Shown in pieces: positions 29,087 to 38,697 of a stretch of 60,392 nucleotides of DNA. The first letter of the stretch is position 1. Each line of letters begins with the position of its first letter. Source of the DNA: Nannocystales bacterium (GTDB lineage Bacteria; Myxococcota_A; Polyangia; Nannocystales; Nannocystaceae); the NCBI GenBank assembly GCA_050633305.1, contig JBOEGF010000014.1, positions 271,042 through 331,433 on the forward strand. Reading direction: 5' to 3'. The translations under genes were made by a program, and so were the position numbers. The notes beneath the pieces are model-generated. The model searched no databases, was not told the DNA's origin, and saw nothing but the letters and a program-made list of their open reading frames with translations.

Positions 29087-29144
29087 TCGCTCGCCCGAGA
29101 CAGTCAAAGGGGCGGACTCTCTGTGCCGCGTGGAGGGTCCGTCC

Positions 29145-29555
29145 CTACGGCCTCGTCAGCGTAGCGAGCTCGCGCTCCAACATCTGGGCTTCCCAGTCGA
29201 CCCGCTGCGCCTCGAGCGATTCGTTCCCATAGACAACGGCGGCACAGTCTTCGGCCGAGGACAGGATTGTGCTCAGAGAGCACGAGCCCATGAACACCGT
29301 GGTGACCACGTGACGGACGGACTCGTTGAGCCCAGGACCGGCAAGGATCTCGGCGTCGTAGTGGGTGTGCATGTCGATGAAGCCCGGCATCACCCACTGG
29401 CCTTTAGCCTCGATGACACGGTCGACCAACCCGAGCGATGCGGCGGCGGCGTGCTCGGCCGTTGCGACGACCCCGTCGGCGACCAGCAGGTCGCGGCGCG
29501 TTGGGTCGGACCCGGACCCATCGAAGAACACGCCGTTTCGAATCAGTGTCTGCAT
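29145..29555 (-). pseudogene. Truncated N-acyl-D-amino-acid deacylase/amidohydrolase (N-terminal about 105 aa only)
   Basis: LIRNGVFFDGSG...VMPGFIDMHTHYDAE...SVRH.VTTVFMGSCS. Similarity ends abruptly near 29240, whereas family members are far longer. Confidence 0.8.
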
Positions 29556-29581
29556 CGGTCGGCCCCGCGATCACCACAGTA

Positions 29582-29607
29582 AGATAGATAGCGACCACTA
29601 TCTATCT
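29582..29607. promoter_or_regulatory. Operator-like inverted repeat
   Basis: Perfect AGATAGATAG-cgacca-CTATCTATCT, AT-rich, ending 26 nt upstream of the amidohydrolase ATG. Confidence 0.65.
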
Positions 29608-29734
29608 CTGTGTTCATGGAGGCTCACGCCCCTTCACTGCGGCGACCGGGCGGCGATGCCAAACTCGGGCACCCATCGCGGCCGATGGGCCAAAGAACCG
29701 GCGCCATCTCTGGGGTCGATTCGCAGCTCACCCG

Positions 29735-32203
29735 TCACAGTTCCAAGGTGGTCAAGTTCGCATCCGACTCGATTTGCTCGGAAGTGAAAGGGAACTCGAA
29801 CCAATCGTGGGCGGACCAGCGCTCGGTTTGATCGAGGAACCACGGCGAGTCGGGCTCGGTGGCCTGGCTGTATGCCAGCACCCCCGTAGCCTTGGGCGCG
29901 TCTGCTCCCAGTTGCACCGCGTGGAGGTAGCTCGCACCGAAGACTGTCGGCGGCTCGAAGCCATCGAGGCTTTCGACCCAGCCGTCGAATGCGTAGAACC
30001 CATCGGTGCTCGCGTTGACGTCGAACACGCCCTCTCGGCCCAACCCGCCTGGGACGGCTATGGGGCCTTCGGCGGTCAGCAGTGCGTTGACGGAGCCCCA
30101 CGGGGCATCAGGGGCAACCCCGTGCTCATCGAAAGCCAGCGCGACGCGGGCAAGCGTGTCACGAACCTCGGCCCGGATCGCGGGGTCGGTCGTGTATCCG
30201 CTTGGGGTGGTCAGTGGCTCCTCGATGGATGCGGGGACTTCGAACATACGCTCGGGTCCCTGCATCGCCATCCACAGGCCTCGGAATACCGCGGCACCGG
30301 TGCTCGCGGTGCCGTTGCGGCGGTCCCAGCTCTGGAGGGCTGCACACACTCCGGAAAGGTCGACAAGGGTTCCGTCGACCTCCCCCGTCGGGGTGGCCTC
30401 GCAGTCCGAGACGATGTCCGCGGCGAGCAGCTCTCCCCCTCGATTCCGCGTCTGAGCGAACACGGCTCGGGCGAGCTCCGGGGTGAATCCGCCTTCGCCC
30501 AGTCCGTCGTCGCCCGAGAGACGGTCGTGGATCATGTGCAGCCCGAGGCTGGGTCGTAGTCCCAGGCCTTCGCCGCTCACGCCGAACACGGGAGAAAAGC
30601 CCGAGAGCAATGTGTCGGCGTGGGGCCGGTCGTAGGCGTTGTTGCTGTTGGCGACGTAGTCGGAGCGAACGACGCGGGGCGACGCACTTGCGGGCAGCAG
30701 GCCTTCCCAGTCGCACGCGGAACGGGTGCCGTCGAGCAGCACGAAGCCCGACGTGAGCAAGAGTTGTGCGGTCGGGGTGGTCACGCATTCGGTGACCTGC
30801 TCACTGGGTACGTTGGGAATCGCGGAGACGTCGCCGAACCAGACGTCCCCCGCAGCGTCGCTGGCGACCACGTACGACCACGGGATGCCACGGATGTCTT
30901 CGAGGGCCGATTCGACTTCGAGGACCGTGCTGGCCTGCGCAATGTGCAGGAGTTGCTCGACCATGCGGGTGTTCGTCGCGTTGACGTCGCGGACCGCGAA
31001 GGCCGAGGTTGTACTCCAGCCCATGCCGAATGCGGGCGCGTCCAGCAGGGGGCGCCCCTGGGCACGGTAGAACGGCACCTGCCTGGGTGCGGCCTCCCCT
31101 GCGACCTCGATCGAAAGCTGCGCCGCGTCGACCGAGTGCTCGGCACCGTCGACGACGTAGCGCATGGGGTCGTCGGTCAGCGCAAGTTCGGCTTGGGTGT
31201 GTCGCGCGGCGTTGGAGAAAGTGAGTCCCCAGGCGATGTCGCGCGTGAATCCGGCGGCGGGCAGCGGAAAGCCTCCGAGCGCCGGCCCCATGACGTCGAC
31301 CTCGCCTGGGATCGACGCGTGTATCAAGTACAGGCGCTGGCTGCCCGACCATGGAAAGTGTGGGTTGTAGAGGTGAACCGAGGACCCCTCGAGGGTCGCA
31401 TCTCGGCCGATCGCCCAAGCATTGCTTCCGGCTCGAGCCGCCGGAAGTGGGCGAGGTCGGACGCTTGGCGGCAGGGGGGACGCAGCCGATGGCGGCGCCT
31501 GAGCCAGCAAGCTGACCAGCGCTTCCCCGCTTCCAACCATGGCGGCCGCAACCCAGATCCGATACAGGTCAGCCGCGGTCACGTCGCTACTGAACTCGAC
31601 GGCGCACAGCGGCCGGTTCGGGTTGTCGACGAGGTAACGGTTGATGCCCGCGGCGTAGCCCTCAGCGAGGTCGATGACCCGGTCATCGCCCGCTTCGAAC
31701 CCGGCTACGATCGCCTCATCGTCCAGCCATCCGCGGTAGAACTGATCGGACCGAATGGCGGGCACGGTGGTGTCATGCACTGCGTTCGTCACCGGCGCAT
31801 CGGCGCCCAGCTGGGCCGAGAGGCGTCCTTGGACCTCTTCGATTCGATGGGCCAGCAAGCAACGATTGTCTTCGGTGTACGCGTAGCCCACGCCGTAGCC
31901 GAGGCCGAAGTAGGTCTCCGATTCGACGTGGACGACGCCATGCGTGGTGCGGCGCAGCGTCGCAACGGTGGAGTCGCCGCCCTCGGTTGACCCCGTGCTC
32001 GCCGTTTCTGCACCTCCGCCCGTCGTGGTGAAAGATTCGGCGGGGTCGGTGTTGCTGGACGTGTCGGTGGTCGTCCCCACGGACGACGATGTCTCGACCG
32101 TCGTGTCGGTGGCCGGACCGGGACTGCATGCAATGAAGAGCAGCGCCGCGAGCAATGCTCGTGACGCCGTTCGCGTGTTCGTGGCCTGAGAACGAGAATA
32201 CAT
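29735..32203 (-). CDS. Penicillin acylase family Ntn-hydrolase (PvdQ/AHL-acylase-like) lipoprotein
   Basis: Lipobox FIAC, RTTHGVVHV, GSNAWAIG (nucleophilic Ser), NPHFPW, DYVANSN, LAYSQ. Confidence 0.9.
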   Translation of the reverse strand: MYSRSQATNTRTASRALLAALLFIACSPGPATDTTVETSSSVGTTTDTSSNTDPAESFTTTGGGAETASTGSTEGGDSTVATLRRTTHGVVHVESETYFGLGYGVGYAYTEDNRCLLAHRIEEVQGRLSAQLGADAPVTNAVHDTTVPAIRSDQFYRGWLDDEAIVAGFEAGDDRVIDLAEGYAAGINRYLVDNPNRPLCAVEFSSDVTAADLYRIWVAAAMVGSGEALVSLLAQAPPSAASPLPPSVRPRPLPAARAGSNAWAIGRDATLEGSSVHLYNPHFPWSGSQRLYLIHASIPGEVDVMGPALGGFPLPAAGFTRDIAWGLTFSNAARHTQAELALTDDPMRYVVDGAEHSVDAAQLSIEVAGEAAPRQVPFYRAQGRPLLDAPAFGMGWSTTSAFAVRDVNATNTRMVEQLLHIAQASTVLEVESALEDIRGIPWSYVVASDAAGDVWFGDVSAIPNVPSEQVTECVTTPTAQLLLTSGFVLLDGTRSACDWEGLLPASASPRVVRSDYVANSNNAYDRPHADTLLSGFSPVFGVSGEGLGLRPSLGLHMIHDRLSGDDGLGEGGFTPELARAVFAQTRNRGGELLAADIVSDCEATPTGEVDGTLVDLSGVCAALQSWDRRNGTASTGAAVFRGLWMAMQGPERMFEVPASIEEPLTTPSGYTTDPAIRAEVRDTLARVALAFDEHGVAPDAPWGSVNALLTAEGPIAVPGGLGREGVFDVNASTDGFYAFDGWVESLDGFEPPTVFGASYLHAVQLGADAPKATGVLAYSQATEPDSPWFLDQTERWSAHDWFEFPFTSEQIESDANLTTLEL

Positions 32204-32260
32204 TATCGATTCGCTCGTTGGCCTCGGAGGTAGCAGTGCACATTGGCCTGCGCAACCGCG

Positions 32261-32310
32261 GCGCGCTGCAGTGTCGCGCGCCGCAGTGTCGCGCGCCGCA
32301 GTGTCGCGCG
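32261..32310. repeat. 15-bp tandem repeat, about 3.3 copies
   Basis: GCAGTGTCGCGCGCC at 32268, 32283 and 32298 (last copy partial), upstream of the acylase gene. Confidence 0.9.
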
Positions 32311-32416
32311 ACGATGGGTCACACCTTCATGGCCCCCGACGGTAGTCCCAATCGACTCCTCCGCGGAGGGCTTGGGCCGCGGGCCCGGTGGCCCACTCGG
32401 CGCGTTACCAGGGCCG

Positions 32417-32905
32417 TCAGTCCTGGATGACGCGGTAGGTTTGAATGCGCGACGCCGCGTTTCCACTCATCGGGGGCAGGTAGCACTGCAGCATGAAGTG
32501 GCTCCAACTGTAGCCGTCGTTCACCGGGTCGACGTCGAGGATCTGGTAGCCGCTGCTCGACCCAGACGAGCACTCCCACGACGAGTACTGATACGAACCG
32601 CTCGGGTTCTTGCTCGCGGCGCGGCAGCAGGCGTTGGAGGTGGGGTGTTGGTCGACAACGAACACACGCCCGGAAACTTCGGTCGCGAGGTCGTCCACGG
32701 GTCGTTCCGCAGGGCAAACAGCATACATGCCGGACGAAGTCTGGTTTTCCGCCTCACCGTCGATTCGCACACTCAACGGGTTGTCTCCGGTCGCGACACA
32801 TGCTGCGCCGGGGTTGTTTTCGTAAGTCGGAGCAGCAAAGGCGATACTCGCCAGGGTCAGGGTTCCGAGGAACGATGCCAGGGTGATCGGGCGTAGGGTC
32901 TTCAT
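32417..32905 (-). CDS. Secreted 6-Cys protein, paralogous to the C-terminal domain of the upstream protease
   Basis: Signal peptide MKTLRPITLASFLGTLTLASIAFA. The mature part aligns by eye with the protease C-terminus. Confidence 0.85.
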   Translation of the reverse strand: MKTLRPITLASFLGTLTLASIAFAAPTYENNPGAACVATGDNPLSVRIDGEAENQTSSGMYAVCPAERPVDDLATEVSGRVFVVDQHPTSNACCRAASKNPSGSYQYSSWECSSGSSSGYQILDVDPVNDGYSWSHFMLQCYLPPMSGNAASRIQTYRVIQD

Positions 32906-32943
32906 GATGTACTCGTGGGTGTGGTGAAGGTCAGTGTGTGGCA

Positions 32944-34212
32944 TTACCGAAATGCCTGTTGTGGCCGATACGTGTGAATCCCAGATTCGCCCCCGCTCGA
33001 CGACGGAGGCACCGAGCAAACCAGACTGAACTGGCTCCAGCTGGTGTTGTCGTACAGGGACGGGACTTGCAGCGTCTGGTACGACGACGAACTCCCGGAC
33101 GTGCACTCCAGCGCGCCATCGATCTCGGCGCCACCAGGGTTCTTGCTCCGTACGAAGCAGCATACGTCCTCGGTCGGGTGTCGGTCGTAGACGAACATAC
33201 GAGGAACATCCAGCTGGTTGGCGAAGACTCCCTCATCGTAGACGCGGCGAACTGGGCACACCACTTCCGCGGTACTCGCAGAATCGTTGTATGCGACCCC
33301 GTCCAGTGCGTAGTCGAGGCTGTCGTCCCCGGTCGCCCGGCACCGTGTTCCCGGACGATTGTCCAGTTGCATCGGCGGCGGGTTGACAATCGAATTCACC
33401 CATTCGTGGAACGCCGCAGCGCTGGTCTCCCGGTTGTAGTCGGTGAGGTTGCCTGCCTTCGACACTCCTGTGAGCCTCGAACCGTTCCAACATGATGAGC
33501 CCGAGTCTCCCGGAAGGAGCATTTGGCCGTCCTCATTGGGAACATCGAACCGGTACCAGGTGTGGGAATCCACGGGGTCGGCGATGATCTCGAACGTACC
33601 GGTTCGCAACGTGTTCCCCGTCGATGTCAGGCACGAGCCCCATTGGCAGAACTGCCCGGAACCGCACTGGGCACTCGTGGTGCAAGAGTTTCCGATCGCC
33701 ATGGCGCCGTACCCGGCACAGAACACGTCTTGGCCGACCAACGCATTGGTGGATCCGGTATAGACTGGTAGCGACGCCACGCCGGTATCGATCGGCACAG
33801 ACAACCGAATCAGCTCGACGTCCACCCCGTTGGCCGTGTCAGGGTGACGCCGAAGTTCCTCCGCGGTGCGCACAACCGTGCCCGACGGTCCAAGCCAAGT
33901 GACGCTCACCGCTGAAGGCGATTCGTCCGATGGCATGCAGTGGGCGGCGGTGAGGACCCACTCCCGGTTGAGCAGTGTTCCTGTACAACCCCCGGTGCTG
34001 CTGCTGACTCGGACGATGTTTCGAGTCCAGCTCTGTGCGCTGGTACTCCACGGGTCCCATACGTCCCCGTTGAGGATACGAAGCTCAGAGTCTTCGTCGT
34101 CCTCCGCGTCAAGGCTCAGGACTTGGGCACTCTCGCCATCAGTGCATCCTGCGGCGAAGGCCATGATGAACAGGAATTGCCATCTTTGCAATGACTGGTA
34201 CATCGTGGTCAT
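32944..34212 (-). CDS. Trypsin-like (S1) serine protease lipoprotein with C-terminal Cys-rich domain
   Basis: Lipobox AAGC, activation site R|ILNG, CTGTLL, LTAAHC, DVELIRL, GDSGS. Confidence 0.92.
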   Translation of the reverse strand: MTTMYQSLQRWQFLFIMAFAAGCTDGESAQVLSLDAEDDEDSELRILNGDVWDPWSTSAQSWTRNIVRVSSSTGGCTGTLLNREWVLTAAHCMPSDESPSAVSVTWLGPSGTVVRTAEELRRHPDTANGVDVELIRLSVPIDTGVASLPVYTGSTNALVGQDVFCAGYGAMAIGNSCTTSAQCGSGQFCQWGSCLTSTGNTLRTGTFEIIADPVDSHTWYRFDVPNEDGQMLLPGDSGSSCWNGSRLTGVSKAGNLTDYNRETSAAAFHEWVNSIVNPPPMQLDNRPGTRCRATGDDSLDYALDGVAYNDSASTAEVVCPVRRVYDEGVFANQLDVPRMFVYDRHPTEDVCCFVRSKNPGGAEIDGALECTSGSSSSYQTLQVPSLYDNTSWSQFSLVCSVPPSSSGGESGIHTYRPQQAFR

Positions 34213-35129
34213 TGCCTCAGGCCGACGTTCTTTGGCGATGGCGTTCGTACGGTCAAGGACGGGGCGGCCGGCCTTCTTTCGGTCGCACCATTCATCGGCG
34301 GCGTCACCTTCGGGTTGTTGCTTCCTGCGACGTTTGCGCAAATGGCCAGGCGTTCGTTGTCCCTACAATCCAGATCCAGACTGCTCAGAGCAGGATTCGA
34401 AGAGCCTCGGTTGACTCGCCATTCGGGGGAGGTCGTTTTCGTCTGAGACCCGAGCCGGGCGCTTGGAAGTCTTGTGAGTATGGTTCGTATGCGCATGCGT
34501 CTTCCTCTGCTGTGCAAGGAAGACGCGGCTGTCATGGAATGTGACCGACAAATATCCCGACCGGTCGACCGGATGACCAGCACCCTCTCTCAGCCGCTCC
34601 CCGCAGCCCCCCCGCACGAACTGCACGAGGGTCACGAAGACGTCGGTTACCGAGCAACACTTTGGCCCAACGAGTCGCCGCGCCGGCTCTCTCACCGCAT
34701 TGTGTTCTCGTGGCGGCTCTCGGGATGTTGTCGCCGACGCGCGGCGGGTGAGTTCTTCGTCCATTCCCGACCACGATTGCCCGCACGGGAGACACGTTGT
34801 GGTCCGCCAACAGCCAACTCGACCATTTCCTGCCCTTGTTCGGCGAAGAAAGACCCGGCACAGCTTCCGTTGGCTGAGCGGCGCCGAGTTCGGTGCGCTG
34901 CAGGGACGGACACGAGCGCAGCCGGGTGCAAGCAAAGGGTGCAAGCGTCGACCAGCGTGGAGCTCGCGGAGCTGAGATGAGGAGGGGCGCCCCGTCCCGC
35001 GGGAATCCCGCTGGCCTCGAGGAGGCTGCTTCGGGGACCCAAAGGGGGGCATGCAGCAGGTTTTGAGCGCACATACGAGTTCCCCGATGGCCCCCCCGAA
35101 ACTTTCCGGGTCATGGTCTGTGGGAACGT

Positions 35130-35747
35130 TTGGTGCCCCACAGATCCACAGCGCCTCGCCGGGCTGACGCCGAGCTCGACGAGATCGCGTTGGCGCGCGC
35201 AAAACGGGGAGACGACGATGCCACCCGAGACCTCGTTGCGCTCTACCAGGGACGCTGCTTTGCATTGGTCGGGCGCATGCTGGCGCCGCGTGGGCTCGGG
35301 ACGCTGGTCGAGGATGTCGTCCAAGAGACTTTTCTACGGGCGTTCCGGGCTCTGGGGGAGTTCGAGTTCGGGGGGCCGGCCAAACTCTCCACGTGGTTGC
35401 TAACCATCGCGTCCAGGCTCGCGATCAACGAGATCAAGCGTCGTCGGCCCGCGTCGACCGACCTCGACGCGCAGGAGTTGGCTGCCCAACTCCCGTCTCG
35501 TCAGCTCGCCGATTCCGACCTTCATCGCCACCGGTTGCGGATTGCCCTGTGCCAGGCCATTGGCGAACTTACCGTCGAACAGCAAGCCACGTTCGTGCTG
35601 CATCAGTTCCATGGGCTTGACGACAAGACCGTCGCCGGTGCCCTCAAGGTCGAAGTGGGTGCGGTCAAGTCGAGACTTCATCGCGCCCGCACCCAACTCC
35701 GCAAAGCCCTCCGCGAGGTCATCGATGAGCACCCCTCCGCAGTCTGA
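35130..35747 (+). CDS. ECF RNA polymerase sigma factor
   Basis: EDVVQETFLRAFRAL..F...AKLSTWLLTIASRLAIN and VGAVKSRLHRAR. Confidence 0.92.
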   Translation: MVPHRSTAPRRADAELDEIALARAKRGDDDATRDLVALYQGRCFALVGRMLAPRGLGTLVEDVVQETFLRAFRALGEFEFGGPAKLSTWLLTIASRLAINEIKRRRPASTDLDAQELAAQLPSRQLADSDLHRHRLRIALCQAIGELTVEQQATFVLHQFHGLDDKTVAGALKVEVGAVKSRLHRARTQLRKALREVIDEHPSAV

Positions 35748-37077
35748 CGAACTCTCCGAGCTCACGGCACAGTGGGACTACCGCGAACCACCGTCCGGCT
35801 TTGTCGACCGCGTCGCTCGGGCTCGACGAGAGGCTGTGGAGGTTCGCGTGCCCCGAACACGACCGGCCCTGGCCTGGAGCGGTTGGTTTGCTGCCGCGGC
35901 GCTCCTGCTTGCCGCGATGGCGCTGTGGCCTTCCGACACGGAAGCTCCGGACGTCGCGATGGCCGCACCAGTTCAGGGCTCCCATCGCGTCTCGAAGAGG
36001 ACCTCGATCGCGCTGGGTCACCGCGGTGTGGCCGTCGCCGACTCGGGAGCAACGCTGCGCTACGCGATCGACGAACAAGGATCGGCGAGCGTCTCCCAAC
36101 CCCTCGGCACGGTCTTCTACCGGGTCGAACCGGGCGGGCCCTTCAATGTCACGACGCCGCATGGAACGGTGGAGGCCACCGGGACGTGTTTCTCGGTTCG
36201 CGTGCTCCGAACGACCACCCTCGTTGAGCTCCACGAGGGACGAGTTGCACTTCGGACCGCGGAACTCGAGCGGCTGCTCGATGCGTCTTCCGAAGCGCGG
36301 TCGGCGAGGCTTCACGGAGGCAAGATCTCCGTAGGTCCCCGGAACCCAGACGCGATGTCCACATCTCTTCCAGCCGAGAGCGGGGCCCTCCGAGCCCGAC
36401 TCCGCGAACAGGAGCAGGAGCTCCGCAAACTTCGGGCGGACCAGGCTGGGCTTCAAGCGCAGCTCGACCACACGCCTCGGGCCGACACGACCCTGGCGTG
36501 TGCCGTCGCCGGCCCCGACACTCCACCCACCCCAGCGTGTTCGTTCCCCCACCCCGAACCGGCAGTGCTCTTGGAGATGGGGCGATGTGGTGTTGTCAAG
36601 ACCGACTACCCGGCCCTGCTCGTGGCCGCCACGGCGCCGCAAGTGTTGGGGTCTCACTGGGACAAAGCGGGGCTGACCACAGAGGAAAGCACGCGACTTC
36701 TCGCTCGCGGGTTGAAGTTTCGCGCGCGGTACCTGGCCGTCCTTCGGGCGCTGTTCGTCGAGGCCGGTGGCACCCCCGACGTCGCACGTGCGCTCAGCGG
36801 ACGTCCGCTACTGCTGCAAGCCGATCAGCGTTTCGAGCCCGAGGAACTGGAGTCGTCGAGACGGCAACTCGCGCTCGAACGTGCCGGCCTCGTCGACCCG
36901 CTCGGCGACGACGAGATGGCGCTCGAAGACCGGTACATTCGCCATCGACTCGGCGCCGGGGATGCGTTCGAAGGGGTCGTCGCCGAGGTCGTCGGGACCG
37001 AGCGGGCGCGGCAACTACGACGGGCGCACAACGGGTGGCGAGGAGAAAGCACGGTTTTCGTCGGCGAATGTGAATGA
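35725..37077 (+). CDS. FecR-like transmembrane anti-sigma factor
   Basis: Overlaps the sigma stop. One TM helix, then GTVFYRVEPGGPFNVTTPHGTVEATGTCFSV...VELHEGRV (FecR domain) and a coiled coil. Confidence 0.85.
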   Translation: MSTPPQSDELSELTAQWDYREPPSGFVDRVARARREAVEVRVPRTRPALAWSGWFAAAALLLAAMALWPSDTEAPDVAMAAPVQGSHRVSKRTSIALGHRGVAVADSGATLRYAIDEQGSASVSQPLGTVFYRVEPGGPFNVTTPHGTVEATGTCFSVRVLRTTTLVELHEGRVALRTAELERLLDASSEARSARLHGGKISVGPRNPDAMSTSLPAESGALRARLREQEQELRKLRADQAGLQAQLDHTPRADTTLACAVAGPDTPPTPACSFPHPEPAVLLEMGRCGVVKTDYPALLVAATAPQVLGSHWDKAGLTTEESTRLLARGLKFRARYLAVLRALFVEAGGTPDVARALSGRPLLLQADQRFEPEELESSRRQLALERAGLVDPLGDDEMALEDRYIRHRLGAGDAFEGVVAEVVGTERARQLRRAHNGWRGESTVFVGECE

Positions 37078-37126
37078 CCTGAGCACCCCCCCGAAACTTT
37101 GGAGCGTTGCCGCGGTGTGAAGGGGC

Positions 37127-37849
37127 GTGCGCCGACTCGTCTACCCTCTCGGGTTCTCTCTCACCTTCCTCGGCTGTGCCGCCAAGACACCCTCTGCCAG
37201 GCTGGCGGGCGCCGAGGACTCTGCTGTGCGGTCCTCCGTCAGCCGGACCCGGGCCGCCGTCGTGGGCCACGAACTGTTCATTCTGGGGACCCTCGACAGT
37301 TCCACGCACGCCTTGCTGCTCCCGTTGCTGCGCGCGCATCCGGAGGTCGGCACCCTGGTCCTCACCGCCAACGGCGGCTCGATCGATGATGCCGCGAATC
37401 TCGAACTCGGCCGAGCGCTTCGCCGTCGCGAGATCGCGACTCGGGTCGCCTCTCGCGGGGTCATCGCCTCCGGTGCGGTCGACTTGTTCTTGGCAGGAGC
37501 TCGCCGAAGCATCGGCGTTGGGGCCAAGGTCGGCGTGCATTCGTGGGAGCACTGCTTCACCGATGACGCGCACCCGCAGCCCGTCTGCAAGCAGGCGAAG
37601 GACCACCCCGTGGACGACCCCGGCCACGGCATGCATCGCGACTACACGGTGGAGATGCTAGGCAGTGATGTCTTCTACTGGTTCTCGATCGAGGCAGCGG
37701 GCTCCGACTCGATTCACTGGATGTCGTCGTCCGAGCTCGCAGAGCACCAGCTCGGGGGGGTTGCCGACGCCCCTGGTTTCGAACAACCCTTTGGAGAGGC
37801 GTTCGAGCGCGAACGGCGAGACATTCTCGGGCCGGACGCGGCGTCGTAG
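37127..37849 (+). CDS. ClpP/crotonase-like fold lipoprotein (COG3904-like)
   Basis: Lipobox FLGC, GGSIDD, IASGAVDLFLAG, VGVHSW. Confidence 0.75.
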   Translation: MRRLVYPLGFSLTFLGCAAKTPSARLAGAEDSAVRSSVSRTRAAVVGHELFILGTLDSSTHALLLPLLRAHPEVGTLVLTANGGSIDDAANLELGRALRRREIATRVASRGVIASGAVDLFLAGARRSIGVGAKVGVHSWEHCFTDDAHPQPVCKQAKDHPVDDPGHGMHRDYTVEMLGSDVFYWFSIEAAGSDSIHWMSSSELAEHQLGGVADAPGFEQPFGEAFERERRDILGPDAAS

Positions 37850-37879
37850 GGGGCCACGGACTCCGCTGTCCGAGGGAGC

Positions 37880-37995
37880 GGGGGCCGCCGACGCTCGCTG
37901 CGATGAACGAGGCGCTCCGTCGGCCGCTGGCCATCCAACGCCTGCTCGAGTGCATCGAGCACGAGGTCCGAGCGCATCGAGTGGTCCCACCAGCG
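37880..37995 (-). mobile_element. Degenerate IS3-family transposase (integrase core) fragment
   Basis: SMRSDLVLDALEQAL..QRP...LVHRSER resembles the IS3 OrfB segment SMxTDLVLDALEQAL...LIHHSDRG. No inverted repeats seen. Confidence 0.6.
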
Positions 37996-38132
37996 ATGAC
38001 GAAATGGCACTCGGTCACGTGGGTCGGTGACGCAGTGCCCCTCTCGTCACCGCGAAAAACGACAATACGCTAGAACACCACGCATCGTACGTTGGTCCGG
38101 GGTGTGCACTGCCCGGGCGCATGCACGCTCTC

Positions 38133-38498
38133 ATGACGCTCACCCGTTGGCCCCGCATCGCTCTTGCGATCGGCGCTCTGTCCTTCTCCGCAGCGATGCT
38201 CGTGTATACGGGCAGCCACGACGACACGCAGGTGTCCGAACCGCTCTGCGCAGCACCGGCCCCGACCGAGCCGCCGCCGCCAGAAGTGACGGTCTTCGCA
38301 ACGATGCAAGCTGTCGACCCGGACCAATCGCTGGCCACCGTCTACACGCCCAGCCGCGGCACCTGGACGGCCGGCGTGGGCGATACGCTCAGCCCCGGCA
38401 TGGTGGTGACGGCAATCGACAGCGGCCATGTGAGCTACGCCCGGGGAGAGGCCACCGGCGTGCTCCTGCTGGACGACTCGATCGACGTCAGTCGCTGA
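38133..38498 (+). CDS. Small membrane-anchored protein with GspC-HR/PilP-like beta domain
   Basis: N-terminal TM, Pro linker, then ATMQAVDPDQSLATV...VGDTL...VVTAIDSGHV...LLL. Confidence 0.5.
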   Translation: MTLTRWPRIALAIGALSFSAAMLVYTGSHDDTQVSEPLCAAPAPTEPPPPEVTVFATMQAVDPDQSLATVYTPSRGTWTAGVGDTLSPGMVVTAIDSGHVSYARGEATGVLLLDDSIDVSR

Positions 38499-38697
38499 GC
38501 CGCCTGGGCAAGACGACCCGCGAAGCCAGTGTGGTGGCGACCCGCAGAGGCGACAATGAGCGACGAGCAGTCGCGGCCGCTCCACCCCCGAGAAGAAGCG
38601 GGCCTTGAACGACGATGCCGCGAAGCCTGGCGGTCTTGCACGACGCGACGAACAAAGGCCTCAAGGCCAACCTGCGGTCGGACCCGAGGGCGGTGCT

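Noticed and set aside
32261..32310. CRISPR array
   Set aside because: The repeats are directly adjacent with no spacers, only 15 bp long, and there are no cas genes.
34340..35120. ORFs in the roughly 900-bp gap between the trypsin and ECF genes
   Set aside because: Atypical composition, no motifs, and no convincing RNA structure found by eye. Treated as a divergent regulatory region.
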